Assembly (NCBI GenBank): GCA_964016885.1
Contig: CAXHJY010001639.1
Coordinates: 1-29,220 of the forward strand
Direction of reading: 5' to 3'
Length of the DNA stretch: 29,220 nucleotides
Source of the DNA: Eledone cirrhosa
Taxonomy: Eukaryota
The position numbers and the translations under genes are program-made. The notes beneath the pieces were generated by a model. It saw nothing but the letters and a program-made list of their open reading frames with translations. It searched no databases and was not told where the DNA came from. Below, one piece after another: positions 26,216 through 29,220 of this stretch (position 1 is its first letter; every line of letters starts with the position of its first letter).

Positions 26216-26389
26216 GTGCGAGAGGCTGGCGACAAAGACTGTAGTATCTTTAGTGCACAACCAGTGCACGGCGAGTGCAACAGTGATGATGCAACGAAGT
26301 GCATTTTGCATGCGTTTTGTTCTGCTGTGTTACGTACGCGACATATCAAAATGGTTGGATGGTGGGAGGGAAGTGGTGGTGATTGGCCG

Positions 26390-27067
26390 GTGGTGATGGT
26401 TGTGGTGGTGGCAGTACTAGAGGAGGTGATGTTGGTGGTGGTTGTGGTGGCTGTGGTGGTCGTGGTGTTTGTGGCTGTGGTGATGGTTGTGGTGGTGGTT
26501 GTTGTAGTTGTGGTGGTGGTGGTGGTGGTGATGGTTGTGGTGGTGGTTGTGGTTGTGGTGGTGGTGATGGTTGTAGTTGTGATGGTGGTGATGGTTGTGG
26601 TGGTGGTTGTGGTAGTGGTGGTGGTTGTGGTAGTGGTTGTGGTAGTGGTTGTGGTAGTGGTGATGGTTGTGGTGGTGGTTGTGGTAGTGGTGGTGGTTGT
26701 GGTGGTGGTTGTGGTAGTGGTGATGGTTGTGGTGGTGGTTGCTGTAGTTGTGGTGGTGGTGATGGTTGTAGTGATGGTTGTGGTGGTGGTTGCTGTAGTG
26801 GTGGTGGTTGTGATGGTTGTGGTTGTGGTAGTGGTGATGGTTGTGGTAGTGGTGATGGTTGTGGTGGTGGTTATGGTAGTGGTGGTGGTTGTGGTGGTGG
26901 TTGTGGTAGTGGTGATGGTTGTGGTGGTGGTTGTGGTTGTGGTAGTGGTGATGGTTGTGGTACTGGTGGTGGTTGTGGTGGTGGTTGTGGTAGTGGTGGT
27001 GGTTGTGGTAGTGGTGGTGGTGGTGGTGGTGGTTGTGATGGTTGTGGTGGTGGTAGAGGTGGTGGTA
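26390..27067. repeat. (GGT/TGT/AGT/GAT) compound trinucleotide array
   Basis: Triplet frame is maintained; triplets are nearly all NNT. Confidence 0.9.
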
Positions 27068-27104
27068 GACAGTGTTGCTGAGTAAGGATAGAAGAAAAGT
27101 GAAA

Positions 27105-28395
27105 GAGAGAGAGAGAGAGTGTGTGTGTGTGTGTCTGCCTTTGTATGTGTGTGTGTATATATATGTCTATGCATATGAGTGTGTGTATTGGTATGTGTAT
27201 GTATCTGTGTGTGCGTATGAGTGTGTAAGTCCGTGTGTATGTGTGTGTGTCTGTTTACAGGTGTGTTATGTCTGTGTGTGAATCACTGTGTGTATGTGAG
27301 TGCTTGTGTGTGTGAGTGTGTATGTCTGTATGTACAAGTGTGTGTGTGTGTGTGTGTGTGTATGTACAAGTGTGTGTGTGTTTGTATGTCTGTATGTACA
27401 AATATGTGTATGTACAAGCGTGTGTGTGTGTGTGTGTGTATGTACAAGTGTGTGTGTGTTTGTAAGTCTGTATGTACAAATGTGTGTATGTACAAGTGTG
27501 TGTGTGTGTGTGTATGTATGTACAAGTGTGTGTGTGTGTGTGTATGTATGTACAAGTGTGTGTTTGTATGTCTGTATGTACAAATGTGTGTGTGAATTGA
27601 TAGATGTCTGTCAATGAGTTTGAAAAGAAAGATGTCTGTATGTGTATCTATGTGTCTGTATGTGTATGTGTGTGTGTATGTGTATATCTATGTGTGTCTG
27701 TGTGTGTATATATATATCTATGTGTGTCTGTGTGTGTGTATATATATCTATGTGTGTCTGTGTGTGTATATATATCTATGTGTGTCTGTGTCTGTGTATG
27801 TGTATGTATGTGTGTATGTGTGTGTATATATATCTATGTGTCTGTGTGTGTGTATGTGTATATCTATGTGTGTCTGTGTGTGTATATATATCTATGTGTG
27901 TCTGTGTGTGTATATATATCTATGTGTGTCTGTGTGTGTATATATATATCTATGTGTGTCTGTGTCTGTGTATGTGTATGTATGTGTGTATGTGTGTGTA
28001 TATATATCTATGTGTGTCTGTGTGTGTATATATATATCTATGTGTGTCTGTGTCTGTGTATGTGTATGTATGTGTGTATGTGTGTGTATATATATCTATG
28101 TGTGTCTGTGTGTGTATATATATATCTATGTGTGTCTGTGTGTGTATATATATCTATGTGTGTCTGTGTCTGTGTCTGTGTGTGTGTATGTGTATATCTA
28201 TGTCTGTCTGTGTCTGTATATATCTATATGTGTGTGTGTCTGTGTATGTGTATATCTATATTTGTGTCTGTGTATGTGTATATCTATATTTGTGTGGGTC
28301 TATGTGTGTGTCTCTGTGTGTATGTGTTTCTGTGTGTATATGTGTCTGTGTACGTCTATGTGTGTATGTGTGTCTGTGTATGTGTGTGTGTGATA
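27105..28395. repeat. TG-rich minisatellites (tatgtacaag-(tg)n at 27325-27595; ~28-30 bp tatatctatgtgtgtctgtgtgtg at 27635-28300)
   Basis: Seen directly. Confidence 0.9.
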
Positions 28396-28444
28396 TATGA
28401 TAAAGGGGGCGTAATGTACGTGTGTTGAAGAGGGGAGATCGAGC

Positions 28445-28675
28445 TGTTGTTGTTGTTGTTGTTGTTGTTCATTTACTAAGGCATAATGTATATATATATA
28501 TATGTATGTATGTATATATATATACTTATATATGTATATTTATGTATATATACATATATATGTATGTATATTTATATGTATATAAATATACATACATATA
28601 TATGTATATATATACATAAATATACATATATAAGTATATATATATATATATATACATACATATATATACTTATAA

Positions 28676-28725
<50 letters not shown>

Positions 28726-28800
28726 ATGTATATATATATATATATACATATACATATGTATATACATATATACATATATATATATGTGTATATATATATT
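28445..28800. repeat. (GTT)n followed by a TA-rich field containing a ~155-bp near-perfect palindrome (28505-28662)
   Basis: 28545-28577 pairs perfectly with 28580-28612; the outer arms differ only in TA-run length. Confidence 0.88.
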
Positions 28801-28830
28801 AAATGTAGTCGTCCCAACACAAGTATCTCT

Positions 28831-28906
28831 AATAATTGTTTCTACTTTAGGCACAAGGCCAGCAATTACCAGTGCATTACTGGTACTTTATTTTATCGAC
28901 CCCGTA
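28831..28906 (-). mobile_element. Family A SINE 3' fragment (internally deleted variant)
   Basis: Reverse complement reads tacggggtcgataaaataaagtaccagtaatgcactggtaattgctggccttgtgcctaaagtagaaacaattatt. Confidence 0.82.
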
Positions 28907-28910
28907 GTTA

Positions 28911-29126
28911 AGCACAAGTCTAACAATTGGGGCCGGAGGAGGAGGGGGGGGGGGGGGGGGCAAGGGTTAACGTCGAATAAATTGGACCCCAGTGCATTAC
29001 TGGTATCTTATTTATTGACTGACTCCAAAGAGATGACATGCAAAGTTGATGATTCAGACAAGACAGAATTATGGAATGAACACCGCAAGGCATTCTATGT
29101 GACGTTCTAAACGACCCTCCCAATTC
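28911..29126 (-). mobile_element. Old, diverged, near-full-length family A SINE (undeleted form)
   Basis: Reverse complement has aactttgc...aataaataagataccagtaatgcactgggg, then an extra tccaatttattcgac...poly-C segment, then aattgttagacttgtgc. A degenerate head lies upstream. Confidence 0.65.
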
Positions 29127-29220
29127 TGTAGACAGACTGTCAATGTGACCTAGGTGTAGTTGACATACTGCCAGCTAGGCTGACATGCAAGGATGGATAT
29201 ATAGACAGATAAAGGCAGAC

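Noticed and set aside
26383-27081. Gly/Cys-rich ORF resembling keratin-associated or chorion proteins
   Set aside because: Non-ATG start, nearly all codons NNT and other frames open; consistent with a GGT/TGT array.

Overview
This is eukaryotic, repeat-saturated and apparently non-coding (intronic or intergenic) DNA. The dispersed repeats resemble what I recall of octopus/cephalopod SINEs and RTE LINE tails; that taxon call is inference and was not database-checked. Most of the window is microsatellite or minisatellite: (CT)n, (TA)n, (CA)n, kb-long GGT/ACC-type triplet arrays, and 18-, 20-, 48- and 129-bp units. Almost all listed ORFs are translations of these repeats and are not credible genes. 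Supported non-simple features are: (i) two RTE-clade LINE 3' fragments with a recognisable RT C-terminal motif (GRPRKTW...DR..WR), both absent from the ORF track, plus related tail/3'-UTR copies arranged as inverted pairs; (ii) seven copies of a tRNA-type SINE, including a dimer flanked by an 18-bp target-site duplication, and two fragments of a second SINE; (iii) a TA-flanked ~80-bp mariner-like palindromic MITE in four copies; (iv) a 129-bp tandem array that folds back into inverted copies, with small hairpins at its breakpoints; (v) perfect or near-perfect AT-rich palindromes of up to 162 bp. No confidently identifiable host gene, RNA gene, CRISPR array or prokaryotic-type system is present. 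A few short unique islands are flagged as low-confidence exon candidates.
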